From positions 400,470-464,469 of the forward strand of contig NZ_JAAAPJ010000005.1 in NCBI RefSeq assembly GCF_009909145.1: a stretch of DNA of 64,000 nt, written 5' to 3'. Source of the DNA: Corallococcus silvisoli. Lineage in GTDB: Bacteria; Myxococcota; Myxococcia; Myxococcales; Myxococcaceae. How positions within the stretch are numbered: position 1 is the stretch's first letter; each line of letters opens with the position of its first letter. Shown here piece by piece: positions 1 to 8,296 of the stretch. The notes beneath the pieces are model-generated. The model had not been told where the DNA came from and did no database searches. It saw nothing but the letters and a program-made list of their open reading frames with translations. Made by a program: the position numbers and the translations under genes.

Positions 1-116
1 GCTTCGGTGGCGGGCGGCGGGCGGAACTGGGCGAGCGCCGTCGGCGGGCCGGCCAGGGTGGCCAGCAGGACGAGCGCGGTGGAGACGCGGCGCGGGGGAC
101 GGTGGAATGGACGCAT
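1..116 (-). CDS. Partial gene (5' end only) for an exported protein. The N-terminus reads MRPFHRPPRRVSTALVLLATLAGPPTALAQF...; the rest lies beyond the window edge.
   Basis: Reverse-complement ATG at 116. Signal-peptide-like n/h/c regions. Strong GC3 bias. Sits 8 nt downstream of the stop of the 125..1933 gene, so likely co-transcribed. Confidence 0.4.
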   Translation of the reverse strand, partial: MRPFHRPPRRVSTALVLLATLAGPPTALAQFRPPPATE

Positions 117-124
117 GCGGTTCG

Positions 125-1933
125 TCACGGCGAGGGGGCGGGGCTGAATTCGGCGACGATGACGGTGATGTCGTCGCGCTGAGGCTGGCCGGCGCTGTAG
201 GCGCGCACGTCCGCGAGGAGCGCGTCGCGGAGGGCGTCGGCGGGGAGGTGGGCGTGGGCCTGGAGCGCGGCGGCGAGCCGCTGCGTGCCGTAGAGCCGGT
301 TGGCGCCGTCGCGCGCCTCGGTGAGGCCGTCCGTGTACCAGACGATGATGTCACCCGGGCTCAGCTGCGCCTGGCGGGACGTGAACTGCGACGCCACGTT
401 CGCGCCCAGCAGCGGGCCGCGCGCCGGCAGCGACGCCATCTGCCCGGTGTTCCGGTTGAAGACCGCCGCCGCGGGGTGCGCGCCCGCCGCGTAGTCGATC
501 TGCCCGTTGTACACGTCGATGACCGCGAGCGCGCTGGACATCTGGTGCTCGCCCCGGCCCACGTTGGCCAGGGTCACGTTGAGCGCGGTGATGAGCATCT
601 GCGCGTGCACCTGCGACGGCTCACGCAGCGTCATCGCGGACGCGAAGCCGCTGGTCGCGCTGGTGGCCACCAGCGACGTGGACAGGCCGTGGCCCGTCAC
701 GTCCCCGATGCCGATGACGACCCGCCGGTCATCCAGCGCCGCGCGGAACCACCAGTCACCGCCGCACGCGTCCGCGGGCACCACGAGCCCCGCGAGCCGC
801 AGGGGCCCCACCGTCACCGCCTCGCGGCCGGGAAGGAGCGTCTCCTGCACCGTGCGCGCGAGCGACACCTCGCGCTCCAGCTGCGCCTTGGCGCGCACGT
901 CCTCCAGCAGGACCTTGATGCGCTCGGCCATGTGGTTGAACACCACGCCCAGCGTCGTCACCTCGCGGCCCGCGCCCGGCGCCGTGCCCGCTCTCGCGCC
1001 CAGGTCACCGGCGGCCAGCTGCATCACCCGATGGGTGAGCACGCCCAGCGGCTTGGTGATGCGGCGGCTCTGGAACGCGGCCAGCACGCCGGCCAGCACC
1101 ACGAAGCCCACGCCCAGGCCCACGATGCGCAGGGTGTTGGCGCGCACCGCGGCGCGGTTGGTCTCCTCCAGGTCGTGCAGCTGCTTCTGCAGGTCCTCCA
1201 GCGAGTAGCTGATGACGACCACGCCCTTGCCGCCCTGCGAGCCATAGTCGAGCGGCTCCTGGAATTCGAAGACGGGCTGGCCCTGGAAGAAGGCGCTCGC
1301 CCAGTGGCGCTCCGCGGTCCGGCCGCCGGAGGACTCCCCCAGCTTCGCCGCCGGGTCGCTGTCCGCGACGAGCTGCCCGTCCGCGTCGAACATCTGCACG
1401 CGCAGGATGTTGCGGTTGTCCGCGATGATGGAGCGCGCCACCTCCGTGAGGAACGCGTAGTTGTTGTCGCGCAGGCTGGTGGCGGAGGTGAGCGCCAGGG
1501 TGTGACTCACCGTCTGTCCCAGCTCGCGCGCCTGGGACTGGAGCCGCTGCGTGAAGCGGTCCGACGTCGCGGTGAGCTGCGCCTCCGTCGTCTTCGCCGA
1601 CAGCGCGGCCAGCAGGCCCACGATGACGATGACCAGCGCCCCGGTGGTGAGCAGCAGCAGCTGATCCAACCGCAGCCCGCGGATGGCCGCCACGTTGGGC
1701 AGCTCCCCCGCCTCCATGGGCGCGATGACCGTGTGCGTCGCGTCCGCGGCCGGCAGCCCTACCGCGCCCGTCAGCCGGGTGGCCGTGCTCTCCCCGCGCA
1801 GGACGGTGAGCTCTCGGGAGTGGGTGCCGGTGTGCTCCGGCGGAGGAGGCGGCCCCCCGCTCGGCGCGCTCGGGGACGCATCGGGGGAATCGGGCACGGG
1901 GTCGAGGCGCGTGTTCGTACGGGACAAAGGCAC
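125..1933 (-). CDS. Membrane-bound PP2C/SpoIIE-family Ser/Thr phosphatase. Layout: TM, ~170-aa periplasmic sensor, TM, HAMP, PPM phosphatase domain.
   Basis: Two hydrophobic segments (LLLLTTGALVIVIVGLLAAL and IVGLGVGFVVLAGVLAAF). HAMP-like linker after TM2. C-terminal PPM motifs (GGDWW, GDVTGHGLSTSLVAT, DGLTEARD). An alternative start at MEAGELP (~1717) is possible. Confidence 0.8.
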   Translation of the reverse strand: MPLSRTNTRLDPVPDSPDASPSAPSGGPPPPPEHTGTHSRELTVLRGESTATRLTGAVGLPAADATHTVIAPMEAGELPNVAAIRGLRLDQLLLLTTGALVIVIVGLLAALSAKTTEAQLTATSDRFTQRLQSQARELGQTVSHTLALTSATSLRDNNYAFLTEVARSIIADNRNILRVQMFDADGQLVADSDPAAKLGESSGGRTAERHWASAFFQGQPVFEFQEPLDYGSQGGKGVVVISYSLEDLQKQLHDLEETNRAAVRANTLRIVGLGVGFVVLAGVLAAFQSRRITKPLGVLTHRVMQLAAGDLGARAGTAPGAGREVTTLGVVFNHMAERIKVLLEDVRAKAQLEREVSLARTVQETLLPGREAVTVGPLRLAGLVVPADACGGDWWFRAALDDRRVVIGIGDVTGHGLSTSLVATSATSGFASAMTLREPSQVHAQMLITALNVTLANVGRGEHQMSSALAVIDVYNGQIDYAAGAHPAAAVFNRNTGQMASLPARGPLLGANVASQFTSRQAQLSPGDIIVWYTDGLTEARDGANRLYGTQRLAAALQAHAHLPADALRDALLADVRAYSAGQPQRDDITVIVAEFSPAPSP

Positions 1934-2264
1934 ACCTGGGAGGGCCCGCGAGGGGAACGCAGTCGGGGCGGGGCGGACTCTATCGCACTTCCTGATTGAC
2001 GCGAGGAGTCCACCTGTCGGGTTTTACTCCGGGGGCGCTCCCTCCCCCGCCCGCCCGACGTGCTCCCAGCCGTCACGGGAGCGTTTCCGAGCGGCCGGAA
2101 ACCCGCCCTGGCGCGGCATGGATGAGTTCCGCTCATTGCCGCGTCGCGCCACCCGGGGCTCGAAACGGTGGCGGCGGACACCGGCCGCTCAGGGAGCTTG
2201 AGTCGGGAGGTCGCGTTCGGAGTATAGGGGCATCCCTTTCCTTTCCCTTCGAGGTCCTCCGCGC

Positions 2265-3272
2265 GTGTCACGGCCCCGGTTGATCAAAGAAAACTCCGCG
2301 CCGCTTTCGCTCGCCCGAGAGCAGCTCATCCGCATCCACGACCTGATGGTGAAGGCGCGCGTCCTGGAGGAGCGCCTGATCCAGATGTACAAGCAGGGCC
2401 ACGGCTACTTCTGGATTGGCGGCCCCGGTGAGGAGGCGTTCAACGTCCCCCTGGGCCTGCTGATGAAGTGCGGCGAGGGCCCCGCGTACGACTACCTGCA
2501 CGCGCACTACCGCCAGTCCGCGACGCTGCTGGCCCTGGGCGAGGAGCCCATCGGGGCGCTGCGGCAGATGAAGAACACGGCCACGGACCCCTACTCCGGC
2601 GGCCGCAACTTCGCGGGCCACTTCAGCCGGCGCTCGAAGAACATCGCCCCGGTCACCTCCCCCATCGAGGTGCAGTACGCCATCGCGCCGGGCACGGCGA
2701 TGGCCCAGAAGCGCCACGGCGGCGACGGCATCACCATCGTCACCGGCGGCGACGCGGGCACGGCCGAGGGCGATTTCGCCAGCTGCCTCATCTGGAGCAG
2801 CCGCCCCGCCAACCCGCTGCCCATCCTGATCATCGTCACGAACAACACGTGGGGCATCTCCACCACGTCGGACGGCCAGCACGGCGAGACGAACATCAGC
2901 GACCGCGCGCGCGCCTTCAACATCCCGGCGAAGACCATCAACGGCAATGATCCGGTGGAGTCCTACCAGGAGATCCAGGCCGCGATGGACTACGTGCGCA
3001 AGGAGCGCAAGCCCTACTTCCTGGAGGCGAAGGTGTCGCGCCTGTACGGGCACTCCTCCGCGTCCGGCGCCAACTTCGTGAACGAGGAGCAGGACTGCCT
3101 GCGCCTGTTCGAGGCGCGGCTGGAGCAGGAAGGCGTCCTCAGCCGGCAGCAGATGGACGAGGCGCGCAACCGCTACTCCGAGGAGCTGGCCGCCGCGGCG
3201 CGCACCGTGCGCGACGAGCCGCAGCCCTCCGGCGATTCCATCTGGGAACACATCTACGCGGAGAAGAAATAA
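2265..3272 (+). CDS. 2-oxo-acid (branched-chain/pyruvate) dehydrogenase E1 component, alpha subunit (TPP-dependent).
   Basis: Typical E1-alpha sequence: GYFWIGGPGEEA, the GDAGTAEGDF thiamine-PP-binding motif, and YGHSSASGANF. Starts with GTG. Immediately followed by an E1-beta gene. Confidence 0.85.
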   Translation: MSRPRLIKENSAPLSLAREQLIRIHDLMVKARVLEERLIQMYKQGHGYFWIGGPGEEAFNVPLGLLMKCGEGPAYDYLHAHYRQSATLLALGEEPIGALRQMKNTATDPYSGGRNFAGHFSRRSKNIAPVTSPIEVQYAIAPGTAMAQKRHGGDGITIVTGGDAGTAEGDFASCLIWSSRPANPLPILIIVTNNTWGISTTSDGQHGETNISDRARAFNIPAKTINGNDPVESYQEIQAAMDYVRKERKPYFLEAKVSRLYGHSSASGANFVNEEQDCLRLFEARLEQEGVLSRQQMDEARNRYSEELAAAARTVRDEPQPSGDSIWEHIYAEKK

Positions 3273-3274
3273 CC

Positions 3275-4330
3275 ATGGCGAACATGGCACAGGCCATCCG
3301 CATGGCCCTGCACTACGCCGAGGAGAACCTGGGCGTCACCGACATCTTCGGCGAGGACGTGGGCGCCCCGCTGGGCGGCGTCTTCACCTGCACCCAGGGC
3401 CTGAAGACGGCGTGGAACAGCCCCCTGGATGAGCGCGGCATCATCGGCGCGGCCATGGGTCTGGCGATGGCGGGACACCGGCCGGTCGCGGAGATCCAGT
3501 TCTGCGACTACATCTACAACACCATCGACCTGCTCAAGCTGGCGGGCAACACGCACTGGGCGACGAACGGCGACTGGGCCATGCCCATGGTGGTGCGCAC
3601 GCCCGTGGGCAGCGGCATCCGCGGGTCCATCTACCACTCGCACTCCTTCGACGCGACGATGACGCACATCCCCGGCTGGAAGGTGGTGATGCCCTCCACG
3701 CCGCTGGACGCGTACGGCCTGCTCATCTCCGCGTGCCAGGACCCCAACCCCGTCATGTTCCTGGAGCCCAAGGCGCTGCTGCGCGTGAAGGGCGACGAGC
3801 GCATCCCGGGCGAGCCCGACGACGACCGCGCGCTGTCGAAGATGATCGACGCGCCCCTGGGTGACCGCTCGCAGTGGAAGCCCCAGTGGCCCTTGGTGGA
3901 GGGGTTCGCGGTGCCCATCGGCAAGGGCAAGGTGGTGCGCGAGGGCGCGCAGGCCACCGTGGTCAGCTACGGCCGCACCCTGCCCCTGTGCGCGAAGGCC
4001 GCGGCCCAGCTGGCGGAGGAGGGCCTGAGCGTGGAGGTCATCGACCTGCGCTCGCTGTGGCCCTACGACTGGGAGCTCATCAAGGCCTCCGTGCAGAAGA
4101 CGGGCCGCGTGCTCTTCGTCAACGAGGACACCGAGGTCACGAACTTCGGCGAGCACCTGGTGCGCCGCACCGTGGAGGAGCTGTTCTACTCGCTGCTCGC
4201 GCCGCCCCGGCTCATCGCCGGCAAGTTCGTGCCGGGCATCGGCCTGGCGGACGCGCTGGAGATGGCGTCCGTGCCGCAGCAGGGCGACATCACCGCGGCC
4301 CTGCGCACGCTCTGCCGCGAACAGCCCTGA
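3275..4330 (+). CDS. 2-oxo-acid dehydrogenase E1 component, beta subunit (transketolase-like).
   Basis: E1-beta/transketolase C-terminal-type sequence: IFGEDVG, RTPVGSG, LEPKAL. 2-bp intergenic gap from the alpha subunit. No E2 or E3 gene follows. Confidence 0.85.
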   Translation: MANMAQAIRMALHYAEENLGVTDIFGEDVGAPLGGVFTCTQGLKTAWNSPLDERGIIGAAMGLAMAGHRPVAEIQFCDYIYNTIDLLKLAGNTHWATNGDWAMPMVVRTPVGSGIRGSIYHSHSFDATMTHIPGWKVVMPSTPLDAYGLLISACQDPNPVMFLEPKALLRVKGDERIPGEPDDDRALSKMIDAPLGDRSQWKPQWPLVEGFAVPIGKGKVVREGAQATVVSYGRTLPLCAKAAAQLAEEGLSVEVIDLRSLWPYDWELIKASVQKTGRVLFVNEDTEVTNFGEHLVRRTVEELFYSLLAPPRLIAGKFVPGIGLADALEMASVPQQGDITAALRTLCREQP

Positions 4331-4471
4331 CCCCACCCCGGCCCGGGGGACCCACACCGAATGTCCGGTGCCCCCGCGCCAGAAGCCACCTGGGCCGCCG
4401 TTCCTCTTTGGAGGTCCGGCGGCCCTGTCGTTAGAATCCCAACTTCCGTGTCCCAGCCCATCGTCCGCACC

Positions 4472-4939
4472 ATGACCCCCGCCCCTGACGCCAACGCCTT
4501 CCGCATCCGCCGCGCGCGCCGTGGCGACGCCGAGGTCATGGCCCAGCTGCTGCGCGAGCTGGGCTACCCCCAGGGCACCGATCAGCAGACAGTGCACTGG
4601 GTCATCAGCCATCCGGAGATTGAGATCTTCGTCGCGGGGGATCCGCAGGACCGCGCGGTGGGCATGGTGTCCTTCTCCCACCGGCCGCAGCTGCGGCTGC
4701 GCGGGCGCGTGGCCACGGTGGACGAGCTGGTCGTCTCCGAGGGCTGGCGCCGCCGGGGCGTGGGCCGAGCGCTGCTGGCGCAGGTGGCCCAGCGCGGCAA
4801 GGTGCTGAGCGTGAAGCAGCTCCAGCTCATCGCCCCCATCAACGTCACCGACGAGACGCGCGCCTTCTACCGGGCGTGCGGCTACGTCGAAGGCGACTCG
4901 GGGGTGTTCCGCCACGCCGAGAGCGAAGCCCAGCGGTAG
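4472..4939 (+). CDS. GNAT-family N-acetyltransferase.
   Basis: Acetyl-CoA-binding motif region (VDELVVSEGWRRRGVGRALL), ~155 aa. The start is taken at MTPAPDANAF, inside a longer ORF (4361..4939). Confidence 0.75.
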   Translation: MTPAPDANAFRIRRARRGDAEVMAQLLRELGYPQGTDQQTVHWVISHPEIEIFVAGDPQDRAVGMVSFSHRPQLRLRGRVATVDELVVSEGWRRRGVGRALLAQVAQRGKVLSVKQLQLIAPINVTDETRAFYRACGYVEGDSGVFRHAESEAQR

Positions 4940-4976
4940 CAGAAAGGGCCCGGCATCCCGGCCGGGCCCCGGGCTT

Positions 4977-5333
4977 TCAGCGCTTGAAGCTCGCGACGAC
5001 GCGGCGCAGGCGCTCGTGGTCCTCTTCGCTCACGTCGATGAACCGCACGCCGATGGCCTCCGCCTCGTCGCGCACCCAGGCGACGATGCCGGTGAGGTGG
5101 AACTCCTCGCCATCCACCACCATGGCCAGGCGCACCTGCGCGCCCACGTCGTAGGACTTGCGCGTGCGCAGGCACAGGCCCCCCGCGGACAGATTCAGGG
5201 AGTAGGCCCGCAGCGCGCGCGCCGCGTCCTCCGCCTGCTCGAAGCGCACCTCGAACCGCGCCGCCACCCGTTCCTCGGCGCGACGGTTCAAGTACGGGTC
5301 TGGCTCCACCGGCCCATCCAGCTTCGTGTTCAT
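4977..5333 (-). CDS. Single-domain PilZ protein (putative c-di-GMP receptor).
   Basis: RxxxR (RRAEER) and D/NxSxGG (NLSAGG) PilZ signature motifs. ~118 aa from MNTKLDG. Confidence 0.7.
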   Translation of the reverse strand: MNTKLDGPVEPDPYLNRRAEERVAARFEVRFEQAEDAARALRAYSLNLSAGGLCLRTRKSYDVGAQVRLAMVVDGEEFHLTGIVAWVRDEAEAIGVRFIDVSEEDHERLRRVVASFKR

Positions 5334-5459
5334 GCGCACCCTGACCCCCTCGGTTCTCGAACCAGAAGTGTCGGCTGGTTTCCAGGCCCGGTTCAAGGGC
5401 CCCCGTGAGACGGAACGGCTCGTGTAAGTCCCAGGTTACTTCCACGGAGGGGTTTCCGG

Positions 5460-6341
5460 ATGGGTGCGCGTCTCGTGTTGTTGGGTGGGGCCCTGATGCT
5501 GGGGCTGTGGGTGGCGGGCTGCGATGGCAGCGGAACTGTCCGTCCGCCGACGGATGGCGGCACAACCCTGGATTCCGGGGCGGACGCCGGTGATTCCGGG
5601 ACCATCGGCGCAGGGGACGGGGGCGGCCCGTCGGACTTCGCCTGCAACGTGGCGAAGCAGGAGGGCTGCGCGGCGGGCCAGGGCTGCTTCTACACGGACC
5701 TGCTGGATGGCGGCACGGGCAGCCAGTGCTTCGCGGGCGCGTGCGATCCCGTGAGCCAGGGCTGCGCGAACGGGCTGCGCTGCACCTACGTGGGCCTGGA
5801 TGCCGGGACGACGGAGCGCCAGTGCGTCGCCGCGGGCACCGCGGCCGAGGGTGCTCCGTGCACGCTGGCCGCGTCGCCCCCGGGGCAGACCTACGACACG
5901 TGCGCGGCGGGCCTGTACTGCAAGGACGAGGCGCAGGCCGACGGCGGCACCGGCTTCTTCTGCCGCAAGCTGTGCCACGCCGCCTCCGACTGCGGCTCCG
6001 GCGACTGCAACACCGTGCTGCGCCTGGCCGGCACGCGCGAGCTGCCGCTGGTGTGCGGCCCGCCGTCCGCCCGGTGCGATGCGTTCGCCCAGGACTGTGA
6101 GAGTCCGCTGGGCTGCTACCCGGCCGCCAACGGGCCGGTGTGCGCGGGCCAGGGAACGCTGGCCCCGGGCGCCGCATGCGAGTTCAGCAACCAGTGTTCA
6201 CGGGGAAGCACTTGCGTGGTGTCCGGTGGCACCGGCGCGTGCCGGACGCTCTGCCGCACGCCGTCGGGCTCGCCTGGCTGCACCAACGCGACCTGCCGGG
6301 CCATCACCAACAACGGCGACGTGGGCGCCTGCATCCCATGA
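5460..6341 (+). CDS. Cysteine-rich secreted lipoprotein with repeated C-x(3-6)-C units.
   Basis: N-terminal lipobox LWVAGC. About 30 Cys in ~6 repeat units of the type Q/EGC..G..C.Y. No enzymatic motif recognised. Confidence 0.6.
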   Translation: MGARLVLLGGALMLGLWVAGCDGSGTVRPPTDGGTTLDSGADAGDSGTIGAGDGGGPSDFACNVAKQEGCAAGQGCFYTDLLDGGTGSQCFAGACDPVSQGCANGLRCTYVGLDAGTTERQCVAAGTAAEGAPCTLAASPPGQTYDTCAAGLYCKDEAQADGGTGFFCRKLCHAASDCGSGDCNTVLRLAGTRELPLVCGPPSARCDAFAQDCESPLGCYPAANGPVCAGQGTLAPGAACEFSNQCSRGSTCVVSGGTGACRTLCRTPSGSPGCTNATCRAITNNGDVGACIP

Positions 6342-6593
6342 CGCGGGGGGCACGCCCCCGGTAACACCGTGTGGAAGGCGACGGTTCTACCCAGGGGCGG
6401 AAGCCCTCCACCCCGGGGTGGCGATGCGACGGGACTGGACGGGCGCGCCGTCCCCCCTTGCGGTGGCGGTCATCCGCCGCCGCGTCCCCGCGGCCGGGCG
6501 TCCGGGCCCCCCGCGCGGCTGGCCCGCGACGTGAATCATCGGTCGCCAAGAAGGCGTGTCGTGCACATTCTCTTGCGCCGGGAGGTGGTGGGC

Positions 6594-7856
6594 ATGGGTA
6601 TGGGAAAGGCGCTGCGGTGGTGCGGCTTCGGTGCCCTGAGCCTGCTCGTGGGGTGCGGCGGCCTCATCGAGGACGGGGATACGAGGGAGTCAGCCCCGGG
6701 CCACACGGACGCGGAGGTCGGCGTGCCCGTGGGGCCCGTGGAGGCCGCCCCCACACTGACGCTGCATGACGGACACACGGTGCAGGCCACGCCGCCAGTG
6801 GCGCCGGGCGAGGTCCAGTTCCAACCGGGCTTCCACCAGGCCCTGCGCGAGTCCGGCTTCGTGGGGGCCGTCACCACGTACCGCCTGAGGATTCCGGTGG
6901 GTCGCGCGGGCAACCGCGTCCGCGTCACCTTCCGTTCGGGCAACGGCGAGCTGACCCTGCAACGGGCCACGGTGGCGAAGGCGGGCGCCGACGGCGCGCT
7001 GGCCTCCACGCCCGTGGCCCTCACCTTCAGCGGCAAGCCGGGCTTCACCACCGGCGCGCGTTCGCTGGTGACGTCGGATCCCGTGGCGTTCCCGGTGGCG
7101 TTCCGGGACGAGCTGGCCCTCTCCTTCGAGGTGAAGGGCGCCATGGGCCAGAGCCTCATCAACGCGTTCCCCGGCAGCTACGCGCACACGGGCGCGTACG
7201 CAGCGACGCAGACCGCGCTGGGCGGGCAACCCTGGCAACAGGCCGTGGCGGTGGCCACGGTGGACGTGGAGGGCACGCCGGGCCGGGCGTTCGTGGCCAT
7301 CGGGGACAGCATCACCGAGGGCTACACGGACACCTGGAACGACACGCGCAACGCCTGGCCGGCCCTGGCGGAGGCGCAGCTCGGGGTCCCCGTGGTGAAC
7401 TCGGGCGTGTCCGGGCAGGGCTTCTGGGACGCGAACATCCAGCTGCCGCAGGAGGTGCTTGCGATGCAGGGCTTCACCGACTGCATCGTGCTGCTGGGCA
7501 CCAATGACCTGGGCGCGCCGGACGTGACGGTGGAGAAGCTGGAGCAGCGGATGACGCAGCTGCTGGATCAGCTCCAGCCCCGGTGCCGGCTGTGGGTGAG
7601 CACGCTCTTGCCCAAGGAGAAGACGAACGAGGGCAGCTACGAGGTCGTGAAGGCGCAGCGCCATGAGTTCAACGCGTGGATCCGCGCCCAGAAACGCGCG
7701 GAGGTCATCGACCTGGAGGCGGTGACGCGCCAGCCCAACAACGTGGACCTCTTCATCGACGGGCTGGAGGTGGACGGCATCCACGCGTCCAAGGAAGGCC
7801 ACCGCGTCATGGCCGCGGAGGTGGTGCGCGTGCTCAAGGCGAGGGGCGGCCTGTAG
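6594..7856 (+). CDS. SGNH/GDSL-family hydrolase lipoprotein.
   Basis: Lipobox LLVGC. C-terminal SGNH blocks: FVAIGDSITEGY, GVSGQG, LLGTNDL, DGIHASKEGH. The start is taken at MGMGKALRW, inside the longer ORF 6369..7856. Confidence 0.7.
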   Translation: MGMGKALRWCGFGALSLLVGCGGLIEDGDTRESAPGHTDAEVGVPVGPVEAAPTLTLHDGHTVQATPPVAPGEVQFQPGFHQALRESGFVGAVTTYRLRIPVGRAGNRVRVTFRSGNGELTLQRATVAKAGADGALASTPVALTFSGKPGFTTGARSLVTSDPVAFPVAFRDELALSFEVKGAMGQSLINAFPGSYAHTGAYAATQTALGGQPWQQAVAVATVDVEGTPGRAFVAIGDSITEGYTDTWNDTRNAWPALAEAQLGVPVVNSGVSGQGFWDANIQLPQEVLAMQGFTDCIVLLGTNDLGAPDVTVEKLEQRMTQLLDQLQPRCRLWVSTLLPKEKTNEGSYEVVKAQRHEFNAWIRAQKRAEVIDLEAVTRQPNNVDLFIDGLEVDGIHASKEGHRVMAAEVVRVLKARGGL

Positions 7857-7954
7857 CGCCCACCCGCAAGGAAAATGCACGGCGGGTGTGAATAGAGGCG
7901 GGGCCTCCGCGTCCGTGCGGCACCACCGCACCACTTCCTCCATCCGGAGCCGAC

Positions 7955-8296
7955 ATGCGCACCCTGTCCGCCAGCCTCGTCCTCGCTTGCCTCGCCCTGC
8001 CCTCGCTCGTCCACGCCTCCGCGCTGCGCTGCGACAACAAGCTTGTCTCCGAGGGGGCGTCCCAGGCGGATGCGCTGGCCAAGTGCGGCGAACCGGTGAC
8101 GCGGCAGAGCCGCACGGAGTACGTCACCAACAAGGTCAAGTCGAAGACCCCCATGGAGGAAGCCTCCACGGAGGTCACCTCCTCGACCACCTTCGAGGAG
8201 TGGACCTACAACTTCGGCCCCCACCGGCTGATGCAGGTGGCCATCTTCCGCGATGGCCGCCTCGTGGACGTGCGCAGCGGCTCGTACGGCTACTGA
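7955..8296 (+). CDS. Small secreted protein (DUF2845-like).
   Basis: Signal peptide. Cys pair (CDNK...KCGEP) and a C-terminal W/Y-containing beta region. Coding-like GC3 bias. Confidence 0.55.
   Translation: MRTLSASLVLACLALPSLVHASALRCDNKLVSEGASQADALAKCGEPVTRQSRTEYVTNKVKSKTPMEEASTEVTSSTTFEEWTYNFGPHRLMQVAIFRDGRLVDVRSGSYGY

Noticed and set aside
107-1999. 630-aa plus-strand ORF overlapping the PP2C phosphatase gene.
   Set aside because: Antisense shadow ORF. Arg/Gly/Ala-rich. The opposite strand encodes a protein with clear HAMP/PPM motifs.
1934-2264. Searched the long intergenic regions (1934-2264, 19198-19512, 46030-46297, 47897-48157) for tRNA/ncRNA cloverleaf-like or riboswitch-like structure.
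   Set aside because: No convincing acceptor-stem/T-loop (GTTCxAxTC) patterns or known riboswitch cores were seen. They are probably plain divergent promoter regions.
2268-4915. Long minus-strand ORFs (2268..3290, 3254..4915) opposite the E1 alpha/beta genes.
   Set aside because: Shadow ORFs of the E1 genes. No recognisable motifs; compositionally biased translations.
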